Made by a program: the position numbers and the translations under genes. Under the pieces are notes generated by a model that worked only from the letters and a program-made list of their open reading frames with translations, was not told the origin of the DNA and made no database searches. Shown here piece by piece: positions 55,333-64,000 of a stretch of DNA of 64,000 nt. Each line of letters begins with the position of its first letter. Position 1 is the stretch's first letter. This DNA comes from an uncultured Gemmatimonadaceae bacterium (lineage in GTDB: Bacteria; Gemmatimonadota; Gemmatimonadetes; Gemmatimonadales; Gemmatimonadaceae), in contig CAWHHI010000011.1 in NCBI GenBank assembly GCA_963829055.1, positions 256,001 to 320,000 on the forward strand, in the 5' to 3' direction.

Positions 55333-56412
55333 ATGTATACGACGGAGACACAGCTGCCAATCGACGAGTCGCGCGTGAACGAGTCCACGCGCGCGGCAAA
55401 GGAGGACGCGACACTCAGTCCTCGCTTCTATACCACGGACTTCGCCGCCATGGACAAGCTCGATGTCGAGCCGGTGCGCGCGATGTGGGACGAGCTCGTC
55501 GCGGAATTCCGGCGCGATCCGAACAAGGATCACTTCAAGCGTACTGACGAATTCGACGCCGATCTCGACGCCATCCCGCCGGCGCTGCGACGGCAGTTCA
55601 TCGACTTTCTCGTGAGCTCGGTGACGGCGGAGTTCTCAGGCTGCATCCTGTACGCCGAGGTGAAGAAGCGGGTGAAGAATCCGGACGTGCGCGAGCTGTT
55701 CGGCTTCATGAGCCGAGACGAAGGACGCCACGCGGGGTTCATCAATCACACGCTCGCCGACTTCGACGTCGCCGTGGACCTGTCGTTCCTCACGCGGGCG
55801 AAGAAGTACACGTACTTCCAGCCGAAATTCATCTACTACGCCACGTATCTGTCGGAGAAGATCGGCTACGCGCGCTACATCACGATCTACCGGCAGATGG
55901 AGAAGCACCCGGAGTATCGGTTCCATCCGATCTTCAAGTGGTTCGAGCGCTGGTGCCACGACGAGTTCCGGCACGGAGAAGCGTTCGCGATGCTGATGCG
56001 CGCCAACCCCGACATCACGCGCGGACGGAACCGACTCTGGATCCGCTTCTTCCTGCTCGCGGTGTTCGCGACAATGTACGTCCGGGATCACAAGCGCCAC
56101 GAGTTCTTCGAAGCGATGGGCTTCGACGTCGAAGACTATGATCGACGTGTGATTCGCCTGACGAGTGAGATCAGCAAGCAGGCGTTCCCGGTGCAGTTGG
56201 ACGTTGACAACCCGACGTTCTGGACGCGCCTCGCGCGAGTATACGCCAACACCCAACGCATGGAGAAGGCGCGCGAGAAAGGTGGTATAGGCGGTCGGCT
56301 GACGGCGTTCGCTTGCCTCGTCTCGAACGTCGCGACGCTCGCCCAGTTGTATTTCATGCCGGCGAAGCACCACGCGCTGCCTGCCGACGTCCGCATGCAA
56401 CCGGTGTGGTGA
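55333..56412 (+). CDS. acsF: O2-dependent Mg-protoporphyrin IX monomethyl ester cyclase
   Basis: [57 protein letters not shown] (di-iron ExxH motifs). Confidence 0.97.
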   Translation: MYTTETQLPIDESRVNESTRAAKEDATLSPRFYTTDFAAMDKLDVEPVRAMWDELVAEFRRDPNKDHFKRTDEFDADLDAIPPALRRQFIDFLVSSVTAEFSGCILYAEVKKRVKNPDVRELFGFMSRDEGRHAGFINHTLADFDVAVDLSFLTRAKKYTYFQPKFIYYATYLSEKIGYARYITIYRQMEKHPEYRFHPIFKWFERWCHDEFRHGEAFAMLMRANPDITRGRNRLWIRFFLLAVFATMYVRDHKRHEFFEAMGFDVEDYDRRVIRLTSEISKQAFPVQLDVDNPTFWTRLARVYANTQRMEKAREKGGIGGRLTAFACLVSNVATLAQLYFMPAKHHALPADVRMQPVW

Positions 56413-56423
56413 GCGGAGGGCCC

Positions 56424-57869
56424 ATGAGTGGATCGAAACGCGTAAGGATCGCTCGTGTGTGGACAAAGCTACCAGCATCGTGGCTTCCATTCGCCGATGC
56501 CGGCACCGTCGAGTTTCCGCTTCGCCGCCTCCTCCGCCTCGGCTGCTTCCAGCTGGCGGTCGGCGTCTCGACCACGCTCCTGACCGGTACGCTCAACCGC
56601 GTCATGATCGTGGAGCTTGGCGTGCCGACCGCGTTGGTGGCCTTGATGGTGTCGGTGCCCTTGCTCGCCGCGCCGCTGCGCGCACTCATCGGCTATCGCT
56701 CCGACACACACCAATCCGTGCTCGGGTGGCGTCGCGTGCCGTTCATCTGGTTCGGCTCTCTACTGCAGTTCGGCGGGCTCGCGATCATGCCGTTCGCGCT
56801 GATCCTGCTCTCCGGCGATACGCGCGGCTCCGTCGCGAGTGCCCGCATCGCCGCCGCTCTCGCGTTCGCGCTGGTCGGCATCGGTATGCATACGACGCAG
56901 ACCGCCGGTCTCGCACTCGCGACGGATCTCGCGCCGGAGCGCGTTAGGCCGCGCGCGGTCGCCCTGCTCTACCTCATGCTGCTCGTCGGTCTCGTCGCGA
57001 GCTCGCTCACGTTCGGCGCGCTCCTGTCGAACTTCTCGCAGATCCGGCTCATCCAGACGATCCAGGGCGCGGCCGTCGTCACGATGGCGCTCAACATGGT
57101 GGCGCTATGGCGTCAGGAGCCACGCCGTCGCTGGTCCGCCGGTGACGCGGCGGAAACCGCACCCGACTTCCGCATGGCTCTGGCAGCACTCCGGCGAGCA
57201 CCCGGTGTCGTTCGGCTGCTCGTGAGCGTCGCACTCGGCACCGCTGCCTTCGGCATGCAGGACATCCTGCTCGAGCCGTACGGTGGGCAGATCCTTCACC
57301 TCTCGGTTGGCGCGACGACGTCGCTCACGGCGACCGCCGCGTTAGGGTCCGTCGCCGCATTCGCGATCGCTGCCCGCATGCTCGAGCGCGGGAGCGATCC
57401 CATTCGGGTTGCAGCGATGGGCGCGCTCGTCGGCGTGGTCGCATTCGCGTCCGTGATCTTTGCGTCGCCACTCGAGTCAGTGATGCTCTTCCGCAGCGGC
57501 ACGTTGCTGATCGGCTTCGGCAACGGCCTGTTCGCGGTGGGGACGCTGACTGCCGTCATGGATATCCGCGACGCGGCGCATCGCGGGCTCGCACTCGGCT
57601 CGTGGGGCGCCGTGCAGGCAACGAGTGCCGGAGTCACGCTCGCCGCCGGCGGATTGATTCGCGACGCGGTCGCATCCGTGGCGTCGACGGGTGCGCTCGG
57701 GCCCGCGATGCAGGCGGCCTCGGTCCCGTACAGCGTCGTCTACCACCTGGAGATCGGACTGCTGTTCGCGACGCTCGTCGCGCTCGGTCCGCTCGTGGCA
57801 CCGAGCCGGCGTCGTGAACGCACTGGTGGAGATCGCCGCGCGTTCGGCCTCGCGGAGATACCAGGGTGA
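56424..57869 (+). CDS. lhaA: LhaA/PucC family light-harvesting assembly MFS protein
   Basis: WLPFADAG, GTLNRVMIVEL, RALIGYRSD, TQTAGLALATDLAP, MQDILLEPYGG, GLALGSWGAVQAT. Confidence 0.93.
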   Translation: MSGSKRVRIARVWTKLPASWLPFADAGTVEFPLRRLLRLGCFQLAVGVSTTLLTGTLNRVMIVELGVPTALVALMVSVPLLAAPLRALIGYRSDTHQSVLGWRRVPFIWFGSLLQFGGLAIMPFALILLSGDTRGSVASARIAAALAFALVGIGMHTTQTAGLALATDLAPERVRPRAVALLYLMLLVGLVASSLTFGALLSNFSQIRLIQTIQGAAVVTMALNMVALWRQEPRRRWSAGDAAETAPDFRMALAALRRAPGVVRLLVSVALGTAAFGMQDILLEPYGGQILHLSVGATTSLTATAALGSVAAFAIAARMLERGSDPIRVAAMGALVGVVAFASVIFASPLESVMLFRSGTLLIGFGNGLFAVGTLTAVMDIRDAAHRGLALGSWGAVQATSAGVTLAAGGLIRDAVASVASTGALGPAMQAASVPYSVVYHLEIGLLFATLVALGPLVAPSRRRERTGGDRRAFGLAEIPG

Positions 57870-57950
57870 TGCCAGCCGAAAACAAAGCCGTTCACTCGAT
57901 GCAGTAGTCCACGTCGTTCTTCAGGGTTCTTCACTCGCGCGGGAGAGCAC

Positions 57951-58166
57951 ATGCACATCACCGAACGAATCGACCTCGCTCAGCTGGCGTTGTATGCATT
58001 CTGGATTTTCTTCGCCGGGCTCGTGTACTACCTGCGCCGCGAGGACAAGCGAGAGGGCTACCCGCTCCAGTCCGACACGAGCACGCGACCGGTGAATGGT
58101 TTCCCAATGCCGCCCGCACCCAAGCAGTTCATTCACCAGTCGCATGATGAGGGACGCCGCGGATGA
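57951..58166 (+). CDS. puhA: Reaction centre H subunit, transmembrane part (Ht-like)
   Basis: [37 protein letters not shown]...PAPKQF, the PuhA N-terminus; RBS GGAG upstream. Confidence 0.9.
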   Translation: MHITERIDLAQLALYAFWIFFAGLVYYLRREDKREGYPLQSDTSTRPVNGFPMPPAPKQFIHQSHDEGRRG

Positions 58167-58654
58167 GCACCTCAGCCCGTGACACCAATCCGATGTTGAG
58201 CGGCATGGGCCCGGCTGCGTACGCCGACCGTGCCGACGTGCCAGACCTCACCGTGGAGGGGCACGCGAAGATCGTCCCCCTGCGCACCGCACCGACGTTC
58301 TTCATCGAACCGCGCGACCCCGACCCGCGCGGCATGAGCGTCGTTGGAACCGACGGCGTGGAGGCCGGCATCGTCACCGATCTCTGGATCGATCGGGCCG
58401 AGCCGCAGCTCCGGTACTTCGAGATCACGCTGAACAACGGCGGCCGTACCGTACTTCTCCCGGCAACCTTCGCGAAGGTCGATGCGCGTAGGGGAACCGT
58501 GAAGGTCGCCTCGATACTGGCGAGCCAGTTCGCGGACGTTCCCGCCATTGCACACGCGGAGCGCATAACGCTGCGCGAGGAGGATCGTGTGATGGCGTAC
58601 TATGCATCCGGCAATCTGTACAGGACGCCGGATCGCCGAGAGCCACTGCTGTGA
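58163..58654 (+). CDS. puhA: Reaction centre H subunit, cytoplasmic PRC-barrel part (Hc-like)
   Basis: [64 protein letters not shown]; own ATG with upstream GAGG and ATGA overlap. Confidence 0.9.
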   Translation: MSTSARDTNPMLSGMGPAAYADRADVPDLTVEGHAKIVPLRTAPTFFIEPRDPDPRGMSVVGTDGVEAGIVTDLWIDRAEPQLRYFEITLNNGGRTVLLPATFAKVDARRGTVKVASILASQFADVPAIAHAERITLREEDRVMAYYASGNLYRTPDRREPLL

Positions 58655-59271
58655 GCGCGGCGCTGGTGGAAGTCGAAGAGGAATTCGCGACCTACTCTCG
58701 AGAGGGCGCGGAGATTCCCGGCATCGGGCCGTCGTTGCCCATCGGTGAGAAGCTGCTCTGGGTGGGTGCGCCGCGATCGGAGCGCGTGGCGCGTTTCGCG
58801 TTGCACACGCGCGGGCTGGCGATCTACTTCGCTGTTTTGCTGCTCGGACCGGCGCTCCTGGCATCGCCGGGAGCTCGCCTAGCCGCGATCATCACAGCCG
58901 CGGTGTGGGTGGTCCCACTCGGCATCGCGACGGTGCTGTTCGCGCGTACGTTCGCCACGCTCGTCGCGCGAACGACGGTCTACGCGATCACCGATCGGCG
59001 CGTCGTGATGAAGGTTGGCGTCGCGTTGCCGACAACCATCAACATCCCGCTGCACCTCGTGACGTCGGCCGACATGCAGCCGAGGGGCGATGGTGGCGGT
59101 GACATCGCGCTCTCGCTCGCGGGCGACGCGCGAATCGCTTACCTGCTGCTGTGGCCACACGCTCGTGCGTGGCACGTAGCTCACCCGCAACCGACGCTTC
59201 GGGGCATCGATGACGTCGCCGGTGTCGGTCGCCTGCTCGCGCGTGCGGTCGCCGGCGAGGCAGCATCATGA
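58651..59271 (+). CDS. puhB: Photosynthetic complex assembly protein PuhB
   Basis: LPIGEKLLWVGAP, RTTVYAITDRRVVMKVGVAL, IAYLLLWPHARAW, PQPTLRGI. Confidence 0.92.
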   Translation: MSAALVEVEEEFATYSREGAEIPGIGPSLPIGEKLLWVGAPRSERVARFALHTRGLAIYFAVLLLGPALLASPGARLAAIITAAVWVVPLGIATVLFARTFATLVARTTVYAITDRRVVMKVGVALPTTINIPLHLVTSADMQPRGDGGGDIALSLAGDARIAYLLLWPHARAWHVAHPQPTLRGIDDVAGVGRLLARAVAGEAAS

Positions 59272-59741
59272 CCAGCGCACGGATGACTCGCACGTCGTCG
59301 TACGAATCGGCGGGACTGCCGCGTCCCGTCCGCATCGCGGTAGTCGCGGTCGCCGTGTTCGCGGTGATCGGAGCCGGCGTTGCTCGCTGGACTGGCGCTG
59401 GCCACATCACCATTCCCGGCGCCACGCCAACCCTGACGCGGTCGGTTGCGTTCGTCGATCGCGCCGACGGCGGCGTGGCGGCGCTGGATGGCGTCACCGG
59501 CGACTCGGTCGCGACGTTCGCCCCGGGCACCAACGGATTCGTCCGCGGTGCACTGAGGGCGCTCGCTAGACAGAGGCGCCTGAACAGTATTGGTCCCACT
59601 GCGCCGTTCCGCCTCACGCGGTGGAGTGACGGCCGACTGACGCTCGACGATTCGACGACGGGCAGCCACGTGGAGCTCGACGGCTTTGGTCCGACCAACG
59701 TCGCTGCGTTTGCGTCACTGTTGCCACCGGCGTCCCGCTAG
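59268..59741 (+). CDS. puhC: Photosynthetic complex assembly protein PuhC
   Basis: N-terminal TM; FVDRADGGVA, NGFVRGALRALARQRR, PFRLTRWSDGRLTLDD, ELDGFGPTN. Confidence 0.92.
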   Translation: MTSARMTRTSSYESAGLPRPVRIAVVAVAVFAVIGAGVARWTGAGHITIPGATPTLTRSVAFVDRADGGVAALDGVTGDSVATFAPGTNGFVRGALRALARQRRLNSIGPTAPFRLTRWSDGRLTLDDSTTGSHVELDGFGPTNVAAFASLLPPASR

Positions 59742-59771
59742 GCAGGCTGACGCAACGTTAGGCACTGGTGG

Positions 59772-60755
59772 TTAGGCGTCGGGACTGCTCGCGATCGAGC
59801 GCGCGAGTGGCCCCGGCGGCGTCAGTGACCGCGCATGCTCCTCCTTCGTGAATCGCCCGAGCAGGAGCTGGTACGCGACGAGGAGCTGAGCGATGGCCAA
59901 CGGATAGCTCTGACGTGTCTGGTTGCCATCCACGAAGTTTCCTGACCCACCGGGGAGCAACCGCTGCAGGTGCGCCCGCTGCGCCCACACCGCTTCCTCG
60001 ATGGCCACCGCCTGATCGGCATCGACCGATCCGCTCACCTCGAGAAACTCGGCGAGACGGCCGTGTTCGCGCCCCACGGCGAGGCGGAGGGCGGCCGCGC
60101 CGTTACCGCTGCGCGCGATCACGCCGCTGAGATCCGGATGCTCGAGCGTTGCACGCATGGTGAGCTGCACGTTCAACCGCTCGTAGTCCGCAGGCTGGCT
60201 TGGCGGATAGAACCGGACGACGAGATCAGCCCACCGCTTCTGAGGACGTATGTGCGCCGCCGAATCCACCTCGCGGCGCTCGAGCTCCGCGAGGACCTCG
60301 TCCGGCGTATAGCCCCGCTTCGCACAATCACGCGAGACCTTCCAGCGGCGTCGCAGCTCTTCGGGCGGATCGAGATACACCTTCACGTCGAAACACTCGC
60401 GCATGCGCGCCGAGTGGAACGCAAGCAGCCCTTCGACCAGCACGAACGGTTTCGGACGCACGTACTCCGGCGGGTCGAACGATCCGGTGCTGTGATTGTA
60501 GACGGGCTTGAGAATCGGATGCCCGTCCGCCAGCGCGCGGAGGTGCTGCTCGATGATGTCGATGTAGTTGCACGATGGATGCAGCGGCGTGATGCCGAGC
60601 TCTTTGCGACGCGCCCGATCATAGCGATGGTAGTCGTCGGTGCAGATCGTGGTGACCTGGTCCACACCGATCACCTGGGCGATGCCGGCAGTCAGCGTCG
60701 TCTTGCCGGCGGCGCTGTCGCCAACGATGCCGAGCATGATCGGGCGGTGTGGCAT
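59772..60755 (-). CDS. prk: Phosphoribulokinase (non-proteobacterial type)
   Basis: IVGDSAAGKTT Walker A, ICTDDYHRYDR, ITPLHP, ILKPVYNHSTG, WKVSRDCAKRGY; last gene of the cbbLSX operon. Confidence 0.92.
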   Translation of the reverse strand: MPHRPIMLGIVGDSAAGKTTLTAGIAQVIGVDQVTTICTDDYHRYDRARRKELGITPLHPSCNYIDIIEQHLRALADGHPILKPVYNHSTGSFDPPEYVRPKPFVLVEGLLAFHSARMRECFDVKVYLDPPEELRRRWKVSRDCAKRGYTPDEVLAELERREVDSAAHIRPQKRWADLVVRFYPPSQPADYERLNVQLTMRATLEHPDLSGVIARSGNGAAALRLAVGREHGRLAEFLEVSGSVDADQAVAIEEAVWAQRAHLQRLLPGGSGNFVDGNQTRQSYPLAIAQLLVAYQLLLGRFTKEEHARSLTPPGPLARSIASSPDA

Positions 60756-60763
60756 CGGCGTCG

Positions 60764-61732
60764 CTACTCTGCGCCGTCGGCGGGCGGCGCGTCACGAAAC
60801 ACGCGACTCGCGCGAATGTCCGCCGCATCAATGCGCGACAGTTCGCGCGCCGGCACGGGTGCGGTTTGCCCGACGAGCCGGCTCGCCTGGCGCAGCTTCG
60901 CGCGGTCGATCGCGTTGCGCACGGAGCGCGCGTTCGAGAAATACGCCTGGTGCATCCGAAGCATGAGATATTCCCGCAACGTGGCGCGCGCTTCGTCATC
61001 CAGCTCGTACTGCTGTTCTCGCACCATCAACTCGGCGATTGCCATCAGCTCATCCGCGGTGAAATCCGGGAACTCGATGTGATGCGCGACGCGCGAGCGG
61101 AGCCCCGGATTGGCCTGAAAGAATGTGTCCATCTGATCTCCGTATCCCGCGAAGATCACGACGAGATCGTCGCGCTGGTTTTCCATGACGGCGAGCATCG
61201 TCTCGATCGCTTCCGCTCCGTAGTCGCGCTCGCTGTCGGCGCGGTAGAGGTAGTACGCCTCGTCGATGAACAAGACGCCGCCCATGGCCCGCTTCAGCAC
61301 CTCGCGCGTCTTCGGCGCGGTATGTCCCACGTACTGCCCGACGAGATCATCGCGGCCCGCGGTCACGAGGTGACCCTTGCGCACGTAGCCCAGGCGGTGG
61401 AGGATCGTCGCCATTCGTCGAGCGACCGTCGTCTTGCCGGTTCCCGGACGCCCCGTGAAGCTCATGTGAAGCGTCGGCTGCTCCGTTGCCCGCCCGGTTC
61501 GCTCGCGCAGCCGCGCGATGAGGAGCAGCGACGCGATCTCGCGGATGCGCGCCTTGACCGGAGCCAGGCCGACGAGCTCGCGATCGAGCTCCTCGATGAT
61601 GTCCGTCAGCCCCGCCGCGCGAAACGCGGCAGCAACATCGACCGTCGTACGGTCATCGAGTGCCACGCCTCCGGACAGCGCGGCAGCCGATTCGTTAGGC
61701 ATCGACGGCCCATCGCCAGGGACGACCGTCAT
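60764..61732 (-). CDS. cbbX: Red-type RuBisCO activase CbbX (AAA+)
   Basis: [83 protein letters not shown]. Start 61732 or 61702. Confidence 0.95.
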   Translation of the reverse strand: MTVVPGDGPSMPNESAAALSGGVALDDRTTVDVAAAFRAAGLTDIIEELDRELVGLAPVKARIREIASLLLIARLRERTGRATEQPTLHMSFTGRPGTGKTTVARRMATILHRLGYVRKGHLVTAGRDDLVGQYVGHTAPKTREVLKRAMGGVLFIDEAYYLYRADSERDYGAEAIETMLAVMENQRDDLVVIFAGYGDQMDTFFQANPGLRSRVAHHIEFPDFTADELMAIAELMVREQQYELDDEARATLREYLMLRMHQAYFSNARSVRNAIDRAKLRQASRLVGQTAPVPARELSRIDAADIRASRVFRDAPPADGAE

Positions 61733-61743
61733 TCGCGACGCGG

Positions 61744-62190
61744 TCACTCGTCGGGGGCCGATCCGTTGCCACCGAGGTAACGCGACTCGGGAGGGCGCTC
61801 GGTCGCGTACGCATGTACGGTGTATCGGATGCTGCGATCCGCAGTCTCCTGGCGTTCGAGCCTGAACCCGGGTTCGTGCGGTGGGCGGGCTACGATGAAG
61901 CTGAGCGCGGTCGTCTGCCGGCCGTACGCCCGATCGTACGCCGTGACTTTCACGTAGCGGCCGGGAAACGCGTGCGTACACGCGGCGAGCTCCATGAGGA
62001 GGCCGGCCGGGTCGCGGAGATCGAACATCGGCGTGCCCCACATCTCCCAGTACACGTTGCGCGGGTGCGGGTCGTCGGTGTGCTCAATGGACACCGGCCA
62101 TCCCTGATCGATGCAGTATTGCACCTGAGCCGTGATCTGGTCGACGCTGAAATCCGGGAGGAACGAGAACGTCCCCTGTGTCAGGCGCAT
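61744..62190 (-). CDS. cbbS: RuBisCO small subunit, red type
   Basis: [33 protein letters not shown], red-type C-terminal extension [10 protein letters not shown]...[13 protein letters not shown]. Confidence 0.96.
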   Translation of the reverse strand: MRLTQGTFSFLPDFSVDQITAQVQYCIDQGWPVSIEHTDDPHPRNVYWEMWGTPMFDLRDPAGLLMELAACTHAFPGRYVKVTAYDRAYGRQTTALSFIVARPPHEPGFRLERQETADRSIRYTVHAYATERPPESRYLGGNGSAPDE

Positions 62191-62236
62191 TGGCGGTCCT
62201 CCGGGAGGACAGAGTGGGCGTTAGGCATCGACATGC

Positions 62237-63757
<1,521 letters not shown>

Positions 63758-63963
63758 TTAGGACCACGCCCACTCTCGCGGGGAGTGACAGACGGATGGA
63801 GGGCTGGATGACCCACCCATTCGGTCCGATCACACCTGTTCGATCGGGTGGGGCCGTCCAGGTATCGAACTCACGACGCGCAGGCATCGAGCGAACCGGA
63901 GGGTATCCGGTATCTCGACGTACACCCTCGGTCGCTGAGTGCCGAGCAGTCAGTCGATGGGGT

Positions 63964-64000
63964 TGTCATTCCGAGCGGAGGCCGCAGGCCGCTCGCTCGG
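63964..64000. repeat. REP-like arm (same family as 7522 and 27961), truncated by the window edge
   Basis: TGTCATTCCGAGCGgaggccgcaggccgc. Confidence 0.55.

Noticed and set aside
57951..58654. puhA break as a sequencing frameshift or pseudogene
   Set aside because: The second ORF has its own RBS and ATGA coupling, the region is otherwise clean, and a split H subunit is known in Gemmatimonas.
59772..60755. prk as a uridine or pantothenate kinase
   Set aside because: DDYH-x2-DR, KPVYNH and RD-x3-RG motifs plus the cbb operon context fit PRK.

Overview
High-GC (roughly 69% by eye) bacterial DNA, most likely Gemmatimonadota (Gemmatimonadaceae-like). The gene content points there (eukaryote-like Ser/Thr kinase, VPS10/BNR protein, DUF5916, M14/S9 peptidases), as do two phototroph signatures: acsF placed between bchFNBHLM and lhaA-puh, and an RC H subunit split into two genes. 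Bases 1-31.5 kb hold housekeeping and envelope genes (MFS transporters, L,D-transpeptidase, pgm, ggt, cspA-rpsU-infA). Most of them carry many single-base frameshifts that look like unpolished long-read errors. Bases 31.6-59.7 kb are half of a purple-type photosynthesis gene cluster: idi-crtB-cruF, CarH, heme oxygenase-hemY-hemF-hemE-hemA, bchP-bchG, ppsR-aerR, bchFNBHLM-hyp-acsF-lhaA-puhA(split)-puhB-puhC. Only 30 bp past puhC, and convergent with it, lies an intact Calvin-cycle module: cbbL (red type, form IE-like), cbbS, cbbX and a non-proteobacterial-type prk. This makes the organism a candidate photoautotrophic or mixotrophic aerobic anoxygenic Gemmatimonadota. A second signal is the heptamer CGTTAGG/CCTAACG (usually CGTTAGGC), which I counted about 55 times by eye, roughly once per 1.2 kb across the window including cbbL. 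puf, bchCXYZ, bchID and any electron-donor genes are not in the window. All calls come from motif recognition only, and coordinates of frameshifted genes are approximate.
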